From Rubripirellula sp. (GTDB lineage Bacteria > Planctomycetota > Planctomycetia > Pirellulales > Pirellulaceae): 64,000 nucleotides of DNA. Position 1 is the stretch's first letter; each line of letters begins with the position of its first letter. Below the pieces are notes generated by a model. It was not told the origin of the DNA. It was given only the letters and a program-made list of their open reading frames with translations, and did not search any database. Positions 44,203 to 53,398 of the stretch are shown in pieces. The position numbers were made by a program, and so were the translations under genes. The stretch spans positions 1,024,001-1,088,000 of the forward strand of contig OZ244207.1 of NCBI GenBank assembly GCA_965216875.1. Direction: 5' to 3'.

Positions 44203-44296
44203 GAGCTTGCTGGAATCGGTCGTCGGTGATCGGGTGGGTGTTTAGCTTAGGCTGAAATGCACGTGATTTGGGGCGCGAACCTCGTTTGGAGACAAC

Positions 44297-44336
44297 GTCT
44301 ACGAGGAATACACTCGGTCTACGAGGAATACACTCG
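44297..44336. repeat. Exact 20-bp tandem duplication spanning the methyltransferase stop codon
   Basis: GTCTACGAGGAATACACTCG x2. Confidence 0.9.
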
Positions 44337-45140
44337 CGAAAGTGCGTACATGAAGATGGAGCTGGCGGCCGAGACGTTCAGAGAATCGGTACCGAGGCTC
44401 ATCGGAATCGAAACACGATGCGTTGCCGTCTGTTGAATCGCCTCGGGAATCCCTTCCGATTCGTGGCCGGCGATGATCAGCAAACCGCTGGGCCGTTGGT
44501 TGGAACAACGCAAAGCATACTCATCGAGCGGAATCGAATCCTCGGCGAGGGTCGTCGCGAGACTGTCGATCCCCTTCTGCTGCGAGAGTGTTTCGATCTG
44601 CTGCTCAGGCGTGTCCCAATGGTAGAGGCGTTGTTTGAAAAGGTTCCCCATGCTGACTCTTAGGACGCGGCGAGCGAAGGGATCGATTGTTCCCGGGCCA
44701 ATGAGCACGTGTCGAATTCCAAACGCGGCGGCCGATCGCATGATCCCACCGACGTTGGCCGGATCGTAAATGCCAACCAAGCCGATCGCGATGGGCAGGT
44801 CGTGGGGGTCAAACTCGAAAGCATCCATCGATCGAAGCGGTTGGCGCTCAGCGAGTGCCATCACGCCGCGGTGAAAGTCGAATCCGACCAGCGACTTCAA
44901 CTGCTCCGGCGGCAGCGAGTACACGGGAATCTCGACCGGCAAGAGCGAGGCGAATTCGTTTTCGTGCCCGTGCGTGACCAACAGCGAGACGATGTTGTAT
45001 TGGCTCGCGATCAAACGTTCGACGAGCAATCTGCCCTCGGCGACGAAATACTTACCGCGAGGCCGCGCGGTGTCGTGGCGCAGATCGATAAACGGCTCAA
45101 GTCGCTCGTCGGTTGGATCGTCAAGCACAATGACGGGCAT
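44319..45140 (-). CDS. TrmH/SpoU family RNA 2'-O-methyltransferase
   Basis: FVAEG, FHRGV, DPANVGGIMRSAAAFG, RVSMG, GHESEG and IPM...DSLNVS. Confidence 0.93.
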   Translation of the reverse strand: MPVIVLDDPTDERLEPFIDLRHDTARPRGKYFVAEGRLLVERLIASQYNIVSLLVTHGHENEFASLLPVEIPVYSLPPEQLKSLVGFDFHRGVMALAERQPLRSMDAFEFDPHDLPIAIGLVGIYDPANVGGIMRSAAAFGIRHVLIGPGTIDPFARRVLRVSMGNLFKQRLYHWDTPEQQIETLSQQKGIDSLATTLAEDSIPLDEYALRCSNQRPSGLLIIAGHESEGIPEAIQQTATHRVSIPMSLGTDSLNVSAASSIFMYALSRVYSS

Positions 45141-45838
45141 GGTTCAAGGGAGTCGCTCGAGTGAGTCTTGGGAATCTTTGAGAGTCGATGGATTGTCGTA
45201 CCGAGCCTTCGCAAGAATCTTCTGCCCGATGGCTTAGGCATCAACAGCAGTGCGAAGCCATTGCGCGTTGTTCATTCGGCATCGTCGATACAACCCGACG
45301 TGATACACCGCCGCGACCCAAGCTGAAAAGCGGTCGGCGTAGGGGAAACCCTTACTTTCGTGGCAATTTTGCGAACATTGAGCACCGTTTGCGAATCAGG
45401 TGCTACTTTTGAGCGTTACCAGTGAAAAGGCGACATATCGACGGCCTGAGGACGTTCTCAGCAACATGGGGCATTGGGGCTTGTTGAGGAATGTCCTCGG
45501 CCGTCGAAAATTCTTTCCTGTCGCTTCGCGCCTTTCATGTCGCGTAATCGCTACGCTTTGCGCAGCACGAACCGCCACGCTGCTCAGTTGCGACTATCGC
45601 TCGTTTTTCGACCGCGTGATTCAATCGACGTGCGACGTTTAAGTTGTCGATCGACCGCAAGTGAAAGGCATCTCCCGTCGGGCATCGCTGATGTTCATCG
45701 TTTTGATAACGGGAAAAGTCTGATCTTCGTCTTCGACGGCCGTGATTGGGGCTAACAAATGGTCACGGCGATCCCACCCAACGATCGCGAAGCAAACGGG
45801 GCATTTGCTTTGCAGCCCCAACCTTTGACAGTCGCCCA

Positions 45839-46525
45839 ATGCCCATCCGCGTTTTAATCATTGATTCGCACGAGATCGTTCGTGCGGGAATCAAGATGGC
45901 TTGCGAAACCCGCAGCGATCTTCAGTTTGTTGGCGAGGCAAGCACGCTCGAGGGTGCGACATCGCTCGCCATCGAATCCTCTGCGGATGTCGTCGTCGTC
46001 GACCCCACCGTGTCGGGTCCGGAAGGTTTGATTGAGCTTCAGCAATTGCATCTACAATTGCCCACCCTTCGCATCCTTGCCTTTACCAATGACGACGGCC
46101 CCGAGTTTGCCCAGGCCGTGATTGCAGCCGGCGCGTCGGGCTACCTCATCAAGGACGCATCGATCGATGAGATGGCGGTCGCGATTGGGTGCGTGCATCA
46201 GGGACGCGTCTTTATCAGTCATTCACATGCAGCGTCGCACTCACCAGCCAGCGTGGTCAACGTGGCGTCCGAAGTCGCAACAACGGACGCGGCCGAGTAC
46301 TTGCAATCACCTCCACAGCTCTCGGGGCGCGAATCAGAAGTTTTGTCGCTGCTTGCCGATGGTTTGACCAACAAGCAAGCGGCCGAACGTTTGTTCTTGA
46401 GTGTGAAAACAGTCGAAACCTATCGCTCTCGGATTATGAAGAAACATGGACTGCGTGACCGGGCGGAGCTTGTGCAATTTGCCAAGCATGCCGCCCGTGT
46501 CGCGTCCCCTTCTTGGGGCGGTTGA
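45839..46525 (+). CDS. NarL/LuxR family response regulator
   Basis: Receiver (IRVLIIDSHEIVR, DVVVVD, GASGYLIK) and HTH (LSGRESEVL..LADGLTNKQAA..LFLSVKTVETYR). Confidence 0.93.
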   Translation: MPIRVLIIDSHEIVRAGIKMACETRSDLQFVGEASTLEGATSLAIESSADVVVVDPTVSGPEGLIELQQLHLQLPTLRILAFTNDDGPEFAQAVIAAGASGYLIKDASIDEMAVAIGCVHQGRVFISHSHAASHSPASVVNVASEVATTDAAEYLQSPPQLSGRESEVLSLLADGLTNKQAAERLFLSVKTVETYRSRIMKKHGLRDRAELVQFAKHAARVASPSWGG

Positions 46526-46629
46526 GAATTAAAAGTCGGCTTGTCGACCGAGCATTGCCAGCGAGAGGTTCAGCCGTAATGATGCAGGCCTCATGATGAC
46601 GCCCCGCAAGACGACAAGGTGACTTTGGC

Positions 46630-47766
46630 ATGTCGGATCAACTGCAGCCTGGCAAAAAGCGAATCGGAATCCTAACGTCCGGCGGCGATTGCCCCGGCCT
46701 GAACGCCGTCATCCGCGCGGTCTCCAAGGCGGGCTTCTGGCTTGGTTACGAAGTGGTCGGATTTGAAGATGGCTTTGAAGGCCTCGCCGATCCCGTTCGT
46801 TACCGAGTGCTAACGCCTCAGAACACGGCGGGAATCCTTGTCCAGGGCGGCACGATTCTTGGCTCAACCAACAAGGGACGCTTCGGCGCTCGCGTCGGCG
46901 CGTCGGGGCGAGCGGAGATTGATCCCGCGCTGGTCAAGCAGGTTGGCAAGACCTTTGACGACTTGAATCTCGAGGGGTTGATCGTCGTTGGGGGTGATGG
47001 CTCGCTTTCGACGGCGCTTCAGTTCCACGAAGCCGGTTTGCCCGTGGTGGGTGTTCCCAAGACCATCGACAACGATTTGTCGGCAACCGCTTTTACCTTT
47101 GGTTTCAACAGTGCCGTGCTCTGCTGTGCCGATGCGCTCGATCGGTTACACACCACCGCCGCCAGTCACGGCCGCGTGATGGTCTTGGAAGTGATGGGGC
47201 GGCATACCGGTTGGATCGCCTTGCATGGTGGCATCGCAGGCGGTGGCGATGTGATCTTGATTCCCGAGATTCATTGGACCTACGAAAATATCGTGGCCAA
47301 AATCGAAGAGCGAACAAAACTCGGCAAGAACTTTACCTTGGTGGTCGTTGCCGAAGGGGCTCATTTGCCTGACGGTTCGCTGGTGACCGACGATGAGAAG
47401 CAAATCAACTTGCAAGCCAAGCTGGGTGGCATCGGGCAAGTCGTCACCCAGGAGCTTGGGCAGCGCATCGACCAAGAAACTCGCTGCGTGGTGCTCGGTC
47501 ACCTGCAACGTGGCGGAGGTCCAACAACCTTCGACCGCGTGCTCTCAAGCCAATATGGCGCGCACGCTGTGCGCTTAATTGTTGAAAAACAATTCGGCCA
47601 CATGGTTTGTTGTGACCCGCCGAACATCTTGAGCGTGCCGATCGAGCATGCGGTGAGTCATTTGCGAACAGTCGATCCTCGTGGTTCGGCCGTTGTCACC
47701 GCACGAGCAATGGGAATTAGCTTGGGCGACACACCGGGCTATCAGAATCCGTTCCATACTGCGTAG
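46630..47766 (+). CDS. pfkA: 6-phosphofructokinase (ATP-type GGDG motif)
   Basis: TSGGDCPGLNA, GGDGS, PKTIDND, EVMGR and LGHLQRGG. Confidence 0.93.
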   Translation: MSDQLQPGKKRIGILTSGGDCPGLNAVIRAVSKAGFWLGYEVVGFEDGFEGLADPVRYRVLTPQNTAGILVQGGTILGSTNKGRFGARVGASGRAEIDPALVKQVGKTFDDLNLEGLIVVGGDGSLSTALQFHEAGLPVVGVPKTIDNDLSATAFTFGFNSAVLCCADALDRLHTTAASHGRVMVLEVMGRHTGWIALHGGIAGGGDVILIPEIHWTYENIVAKIEERTKLGKNFTLVVVAEGAHLPDGSLVTDDEKQINLQAKLGGIGQVVTQELGQRIDQETRCVVLGHLQRGGGPTTFDRVLSSQYGAHAVRLIVEKQFGHMVCCDPPNILSVPIEHAVSHLRTVDPRGSAVVTARAMGISLGDTPGYQNPFHTA

Positions 47767-47932
47767 GCCGGATCAAGGAGCCACAGCGACGCCGATCCGG
47801 CAAGCTCACTCATCTTTTTGACGCTGTGAGCCGTACGCGCGAGCGTCGGGCTTTTGGAGTCGGGCCTTTCGACATTGGCCGTTGGAGTCGGGCAACCGAT
47901 TGTAGGGCCCGACGCTAGCGCGTTCGGCTCAC
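47763..47932. repeat. REP-like family H (GTAGGCCGGATC...GATCCGGCA) plus inverted family B pair
   Basis: H resembles the enterobacterial REP layout. The B pair matches 28919-28999. Confidence 0.78.
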
Positions 47933-47960
47933 AGAAATCGGCAAAGGGATGCGACCCAAC

Positions 47961-48003
47961 AAAAAAAGTGGTGTGACTACACGCCCAAGCGTAGCCACAC
48001 CGC
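47961..48003 (-). terminator. Strong intrinsic terminator on the minus strand
   Basis: GCGGTGTGGCTAC-loop-GTAGTCACACCAC-TTTTTTT. Confidence 0.8.
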
Positions 48004-48190
48004 CTTTAATTCAAATCCGCGAGAGTAAGTTGCCGAGTTGCAACGACGATTCCCACATGTCGTCCGCATCTTGTTCAGTTGAGTCGACTCACCTGAATTC
48101 AATACGGCACAACAATTCGCCGTTCTCGACGACCCGCTCCGATAGTTGAGCGTCGGATCGACCCACTCAGTCGATCCTCGCCGGTAGGGT
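47961..48190 (-). ncRNA. Candidate small RNA (chain of hairpins ending in the terminator)
   Basis: No convincing ORF, at least five stem-loops, and an orphan terminator. Confidence 0.45.
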
Positions 48191-48436
48191 TATGCATCGG
48201 CTAGCAAACGCTCAGATTGCGACGGTAAACCGAGTTTGATTCCGAAAGAGCTGTCGGACGTGCAAGCGAAACCGGTTGTACCGATTGTTCCGGTTGTCAC
48301 AGTCGCAGCGGCACTGCGAGTCGGCTGATCGCATTTACCTGCGATTGCCCGCAAGGCATTCGATTGCGTTGACCCGCGTTCAGCTGAAAGGTAGATCCAT
48401 CTGGACGTTTCTTCGCATTTATTGGAATCGAGTGTC

Positions 48437-48814
48437 ATGTTTCGCCGACTCGCCGTTACCGCATTGTTGATCTGTTTTCTGGCCGCTTCGGGTTCGGCGG
48501 CTTCGCCGTCTGGTTTTTGGCGCGGCTCTTGGACGAGCCAAACGACGGGACACCGCGGACCTCTCAAGGCACACATTCGCCAAACGGCTCCCGACACCTA
48601 TCGGGCTGTTTTTGTGGGACGATTCGCGGGCGTGGTTCCGTTTGTCTATCCGGCCAAGTTGGAACGCGCTGCGGGCAGCTGCGACTGCTACACCTCAAGT
48701 CAACGACTGCCGCTGCTAGGCACCTACAAAATGTCGGCCCACATCGACGCCAACCAATTCAACGCCACGTTCCGCGGTCGCAAGGACCGCGGAACGTTTC
48801 GAATGTCGCGTTAA
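48437..48814 (+). CDS. Small secreted hypothetical protein
   Basis: Signal peptide, then G.W.GSW.S..TGH.GPL and a beta-rich body ending DRGTFRMSR. Confidence 0.75.
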   Translation: MFRRLAVTALLICFLAASGSAASPSGFWRGSWTSQTTGHRGPLKAHIRQTAPDTYRAVFVGRFAGVVPFVYPAKLERAAGSCDCYTSSQRLPLLGTYKMSAHIDANQFNATFRGRKDRGTFRMSR

Positions 48815-48821
48815 CACTTTG

Positions 48822-48909
48822 GCAGGGTGCTTGCACGCAACCGCTTCCACCTCAAAAGGCTGATGGCCACCGCGGCTGCACGAACCACCTTCTGGCGAAG
48901 GTAGCTACG
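48822..48909. repeat. Degenerate family E and family D REP copies
   Basis: GGGTGCTTGCACGCAACC and CCACCTTCTGGCGAAGGTAGCTAC. Confidence 0.65.
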
Positions 48910-48929
48910 ACCGTGTCATCAAGCCGTGG

Positions 48930-49685
48930 TTAGGACGCAGGTGCTTCGGGGACTTGTGGCGGCGGACCATAAATGTCTCGGTAAAGCACGAATGTCGCTG
49001 CGAACGAAATCGGCATGAATAGGATGGCCGGCACGTAGCACATCATCGCGAGCAGGATCGACAAGAACATGATCACGATCAGGAAGCCGAAGACGCCCCA
49101 CAAGTTTTCCCGCACGCCTCGGTAACTGAGCTTCACCGCGCTGACGCCATCGAGTTTTCGATCAGCGATCAGTTGGAAGGTGAACATGAAGGGTAGGTAG
49201 GCGAAGAGGTTGATAAAAAGGATCAGGATGTAGCCCAGGATGAGCATCAAGAAGAAGGCCGGCGGCGGCTCTTGTTGCTGATCCATCATCAAGACCATTG
49301 GCAGGAAGATCAGAAGCCCGATCAAGAGCATGCCGACCAACACGGCGCAGATGGTAAATGCGAAGATGCAAAGCCACGCAATCAACGACTCCTTGAAGTA
49401 TTCGAAGCCTTTGAAGAGTGTGGAAAGTTCTACCTTTCGCCCCGATTCTTGATCGATGTAGCAAAAGTAGAGGCCAACAAGCATGGGGCCAAAGATGATT
49501 CCCATTGGTACGGCCGAGCCGATCAGAATCGAGATGAACGCGATTCCGAGAAACAGCCAGTAGTTGCCGGCAATCAACCCTCTGCCGCGTTCAATCAATT
49601 CAAACGGCTTGACTTTGACCTTGTTCACACCGAGGGGCTGTTCGGGGATCGCGGTCGTCGGCTGATAGGGATTCTCTGAACTCAC
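48930..49685 (-). CDS. Multi-pass membrane protein with N-terminal NPY motif
   Basis: ENPYQP, GPMLVGLY.C, LFKGF and about 5-6 TM segments. Start set at GTG 49685. Confidence 0.78.
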   Translation of the reverse strand: MSSENPYQPTTAIPEQPLGVNKVKVKPFELIERGRGLIAGNYWLFLGIAFISILIGSAVPMGIIFGPMLVGLYFCYIDQESGRKVELSTLFKGFEYFKESLIAWLCIFAFTICAVLVGMLLIGLLIFLPMVLMMDQQQEPPPAFFLMLILGYILILFINLFAYLPFMFTFQLIADRKLDGVSAVKLSYRGVRENLWGVFGFLIVIMFLSILLAMMCYVPAILFMPISFAATFVLYRDIYGPPPQVPEAPAS

Positions 49686-49778
49686 CGTGCATTCCTGCAA
49701 ACGAGAACGATGCTGCAAATCAATGGAGCATCAAGTTTACAGCAATCCGCACGGCGATTGGACGTCGAGCCGATGCCG

Positions 49779-50636
49779 TTAGAACAAATCTCGCAAGACG
49801 CGCAGGTTGATCACGTCCCAATCTTCGCCGGTTTCTTCGTCGGTTCCCTTTTCCGTTTCGAGATAACCTGGAATCTCGCCGAGCATGTCGTCAGCAAAAA
49901 GGAAGCGAAAGGCATCGACGCCCAATTCGCCGCGGCCAATGTGTTCGTGACGATCAACACGACTCCCGCAAGGTTTCTTGCTGTCGTTCAAATGCAAGGC
50001 ACTCACGCAACCTGCCGGTAACAGATCATCGAGTTCTTGCCGCCAGTCGGCAAACCCTTGCGCCGTGTTGATCTCGTAGCCGGCTGCGAAGGCGTGACAG
50101 GTATCCAGGCACACCCCGACGCGATCATCGTCGGCAATTCCGTCGAGCATCTGCGCAAGTTGTTCGTTGGTGTGACCGAGACACGTGCCTTGGCCAGCGG
50201 TGTTCTCGAGCAATAGTCGGCATGAACCTGCCGGGACGCGATCGATGACTTCGGCAACGGCGTCGATGATTCGGTTGATGCCGTCTTCTTCGCAACTCTT
50301 GGTGAAGGCGCCGGGGTGCACGACCAGACCGTCGAGGTCCAAAACGTTGCCTCGTTCGAGTTCGATCACCAACGCATCGACTGACTTTTGAAAAAGCGCG
50401 TCATCCGGTGTCGCCATGTTGATCAGGTAGGACGCGTGCGCGACACGACCGCGCATGCCCGACGACTCGTAAGCCGACTTCCAGTTTTCGATGACTTCGT
50501 CGGTCAGCGGTTTCGCTTTCCACTGGTTGTTATTCTTGGTGAACACCTGGATCGCCTCACAACCAACCTCGAGGGCGCGGGCGACCCCTTTGTCGAGTCC
50601 ACCGGCTACGGAAACATGGGAACCGAGAATTGGCAT
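49779..50636 (-). CDS. nfo: Endonuclease IV (AP endonuclease)
   Basis: GSHVSVAGG, HASYLIN, VHPG, LENTAGQG, CLDTCH, HLNDSK, DRHEHIG and LET. Confidence 0.96.
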   Translation of the reverse strand: MPILGSHVSVAGGLDKGVARALEVGCEAIQVFTKNNNQWKAKPLTDEVIENWKSAYESSGMRGRVAHASYLINMATPDDALFQKSVDALVIELERGNVLDLDGLVVHPGAFTKSCEEDGINRIIDAVAEVIDRVPAGSCRLLLENTAGQGTCLGHTNEQLAQMLDGIADDDRVGVCLDTCHAFAAGYEINTAQGFADWRQELDDLLPAGCVSALHLNDSKKPCGSRVDRHEHIGRGELGVDAFRFLFADDMLGEIPGYLETEKGTDEETGEDWDVINLRVLRDLF

Positions 50637-50999
50637 GGGTGCTCCAACGATTGCGACGAAGTATGCGTGACACGAGCGGGGTTGATCTCGCGACGATCGT
50701 ATCGAGTGCACCGCGAATGACAAACCGGAGAGAGATATCGATGCTGTTGGCGAATCTGCCCTGCCACCGCCCACGCAGCCGGATCGCCCGCGCAGTCAGA
50801 TCACCCAGGGGGCTGATTCATACGGGCTGATTTCACGGCAGAAACCATGAATCGCTGGAAAAACCGATTCTCCGCGCGACGTTTTGCCCGCGGGACGCCC
50901 ATTTTGGACCGGAAATGAGCCCGATTTGCAGTACCGTATAGATTAGCGATCCCGCACAACAGCACCGAAACCCCGCCCCCGACGGTGGGTTCCATCAAT

Positions 51000-52343
51000 A
51001 TGAATACTGCAAGAATCTTTGCCTGCGTGGCCCTGACGATCCTCACGGCAACCACCGTTTCGGCTCAGCGAGGCGGTGGTGGAGATCGCGGTGACCGCGG
51101 CGGTGATCGTGGCGGCGGTGGATTTCGCGGTGGTCCCGGTGGTGGCGGCCCTGGCGGCGGTTCCCGAGGTGGTCCTGGTGGTTTCCGGGGCGGGGGCGGA
51201 CGAGGCGGATTCGACCCAACCGAAATGCTCAAACGACTCGACACCAACGGAAACGGTGTCCTCGATCCCGACGAACAGCAGGGGCCAGCCCAATTCATGA
51301 TCGGCCGCATGGCCCAGGCGGACCCAAGTATCAAGGTGGGCTCGCCGATCTCGCTCAAGAAGATCAGCGAAGGCTTCGAGAAGATGCGCGCCGAACGTGA
51401 GGGACGCGATTCGGGCGGTTCATCAAGTCGGACTCGAACCAACTCCACCGACGAAGCTGCCCTGATGGCCGAGTTGTTGGTGCCTGGGTTTGGCAACGAA
51501 GAAGAACCAACACCGCTGCTCGGTTTTGGTGCGACCGCTGCGATGATGGATGTCACCGTGACCGACGCCGATCGTCGAGAGGCGTCCGAACGGATGCGCC
51601 AGTTCGATCGCAACCGAGATGGATTCTTGACCAAAGAAGAACTGTCGAGGTTCTCTGGCAACCCAATGGACTTTGACCGCAACCGTGACGGAAAACTGTC
51701 GGAGAGCGAGTTGACCGTGCGGTACGCTCGTCGCCGTGAAGGCCGAGAAGAGGCTCAGGCGAACGACGACCGAAATCGTCGACGTGACGATGATCGAAAA
51801 CGCAAGTCAGATCCGCCAGACGTGTTTGGCGATCGTAAGTCGTATCGTTCAACGCCACGATCTTTGCCAGAGGGATTGCCGCGGTTCTTTGAAGACAAAG
51901 ATGGCGATCGTGATGGCCAGGTCACGATGACGGAGTATGCCACGGAGTGGAATGAGGATGTGATCGCGGCTTTCTTTCGCAATGACCTAAACGGTGATGG
52001 AATCATCACCGTTGCCGAGGCCATGCGTGCACTCGAAATGGGCGACGGAGCATCAGGCTCCACCTACACATCGTCATCCGCATCGTCTGGTTCCGACTCA
52101 GGCTCTTCGTCAAGTGACGCGTCGACCGGTTCATCCGTGCCCTCGGACGTCAAACCTGATCCCAAGCTTGTGACGTATGCAAAGCGAATCATCACACGCT
52201 ATGACAAGAACAACGACAGCCAGCTGACGCCGGCCGAGTGGGAAAGCATGTTGATCAGCCCCGCAAAGGCTGATGCCAACGGCGATGGTCGCGTGACCGT
52301 TGAAGAGTACGCGATCTGGTTGACCCTGAGATCGCGAAAGTAG
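51000..52343 (+). CDS. Secreted multi-EF-hand protein with Gly/Arg-rich N-terminus
   Basis: Signal peptide, RGG-rich tract, and seven EF-loops (DTNGNG, DRNRDG x2, DGDRDG, DLNGDG, DKNNDS, DANGDG). Confidence 0.88.
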   Translation: MNTARIFACVALTILTATTVSAQRGGGGDRGDRGGDRGGGGFRGGPGGGGPGGGSRGGPGGFRGGGGRGGFDPTEMLKRLDTNGNGVLDPDEQQGPAQFMIGRMAQADPSIKVGSPISLKKISEGFEKMRAEREGRDSGGSSSRTRTNSTDEAALMAELLVPGFGNEEEPTPLLGFGATAAMMDVTVTDADRREASERMRQFDRNRDGFLTKEELSRFSGNPMDFDRNRDGKLSESELTVRYARRREGREEAQANDDRNRRRDDDRKRKSDPPDVFGDRKSYRSTPRSLPEGLPRFFEDKDGDRDGQVTMTEYATEWNEDVIAAFFRNDLNGDGIITVAEAMRALEMGDGASGSTYTSSSASSGSDSGSSSSDASTGSSVPSDVKPDPKLVTYAKRIITRYDKNNDSQLTPAEWESMLISPAKADANGDGRVTVEEYAIWLTLRSRK

Positions 52344-52350
52344 TTGGATC

Positions 52351-52414
52351 GTCGCCTTTCGCTCCGCGAAAGCAGCGCCGGCATACGCAACTTTCGCGGA
52401 GCGATAGGCGGCAA
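52351..52414. repeat. REP-like family F long hairpin
   Basis: Matches 35569 and 56619. Confidence 0.85.
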
Positions 52415-52425
52415 TGTGCCATCAC

Positions 52426-53145
52426 TTACTGCTGTTCGCTTTCTAGGCGTTCAGCTTCAATCATTGCCTGTTCGGCGAGCTCAGACGCCTCGATCGATTT
52501 TTGAATCAACGGCATCACGACGTTACGATAGATTTCTGCCGCGAAGGGATAACGTTTCATTTGTTGAAACGCCTCGTACGCCGATTCGCCTTCCGCCGCT
52601 GACATGTCGACCGATTGCGTTCGACCCTCCGCGTCGACCAGCACCGATTGGTAGCGAACCTTTCCGTCGTCACCCTCAACGCGTTGGACATCGTGCAGTT
52701 GTGCTGTCTGATGATCAAACGCACCTTCAGGTTCTTGCTCAGCCGGTTCGGCGCCCGCCTCGAGTCCGAGCGTGTTGGCGATCGATGAGGTGACTTCCGC
52801 CACCGACTCCTCGTTCGAAATCGCTTCGAGTCGCTGCAGGTTCTTTTCCAGCTCTGAGAGCTTTCGCTCGTCGGGCAGTTTTTCGAATTGCTCGATCTGG
52901 GATTCGATCGAAGCTTCAAGTTGGTCCGCTGGCACATCGGGAGCCGGAGCTGGCTTGGGAAGGTCGGGCGGGGGGGACGTTCGGGCTGGCTCGGAGGCCG
53001 CGCCGCTGGCGATCGCGAATTCGTTCGGATGGCTGGCTTCTTCTCGCTGCGGCAAGTACCAGGCAAAGAGGACGATCGCCAATCCAATGTGGAAGACGAT
53101 CGAAATGATGATCGCGCGACGTCGCCAAGTTTGCCTCGTGTCCAT
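52426..53145 (-). CDS. Hypothetical single-TM protein (TonB-like TM SIVFH, Pro-rich linker)
   Basis: IIISIVFHIGLAIVLFAW, a Pro-rich linker and an acidic helical body. Confidence 0.7.
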   Translation of the reverse strand: MDTRQTWRRRAIIISIVFHIGLAIVLFAWYLPQREEASHPNEFAIASGAASEPARTSPPPDLPKPAPAPDVPADQLEASIESQIEQFEKLPDERKLSELEKNLQRLEAISNEESVAEVTSSIANTLGLEAGAEPAEQEPEGAFDHQTAQLHDVQRVEGDDGKVRYQSVLVDAEGRTQSVDMSAAEGESAYEAFQQMKRYPFAAEIYRNVVMPLIQKSIEASELAEQAMIEAERLESEQQ

Positions 53146-53398
53146 AACGTCCATTCTAATTCTTCCGTAGTGGACGAGGCCACGAGTCCCCAGCTCCTTG
53201 ATTTCGAAACTCTTCAATCTTGAAACTCTTGGGTCTCGAGAGCAGCGATCGAGGGACTCGTTGCCTCGTCCACTACGACAAAATTGCCCAGTTTCACGGT
53301 GATTCGTCTTACGTCGGTGTCCCCAATCGCGGTATGGTTCGCAAAACAAGGACCTCAGCGGTATTGCTCGCCCACTTTCACAAGCGGACTCAGACAGG

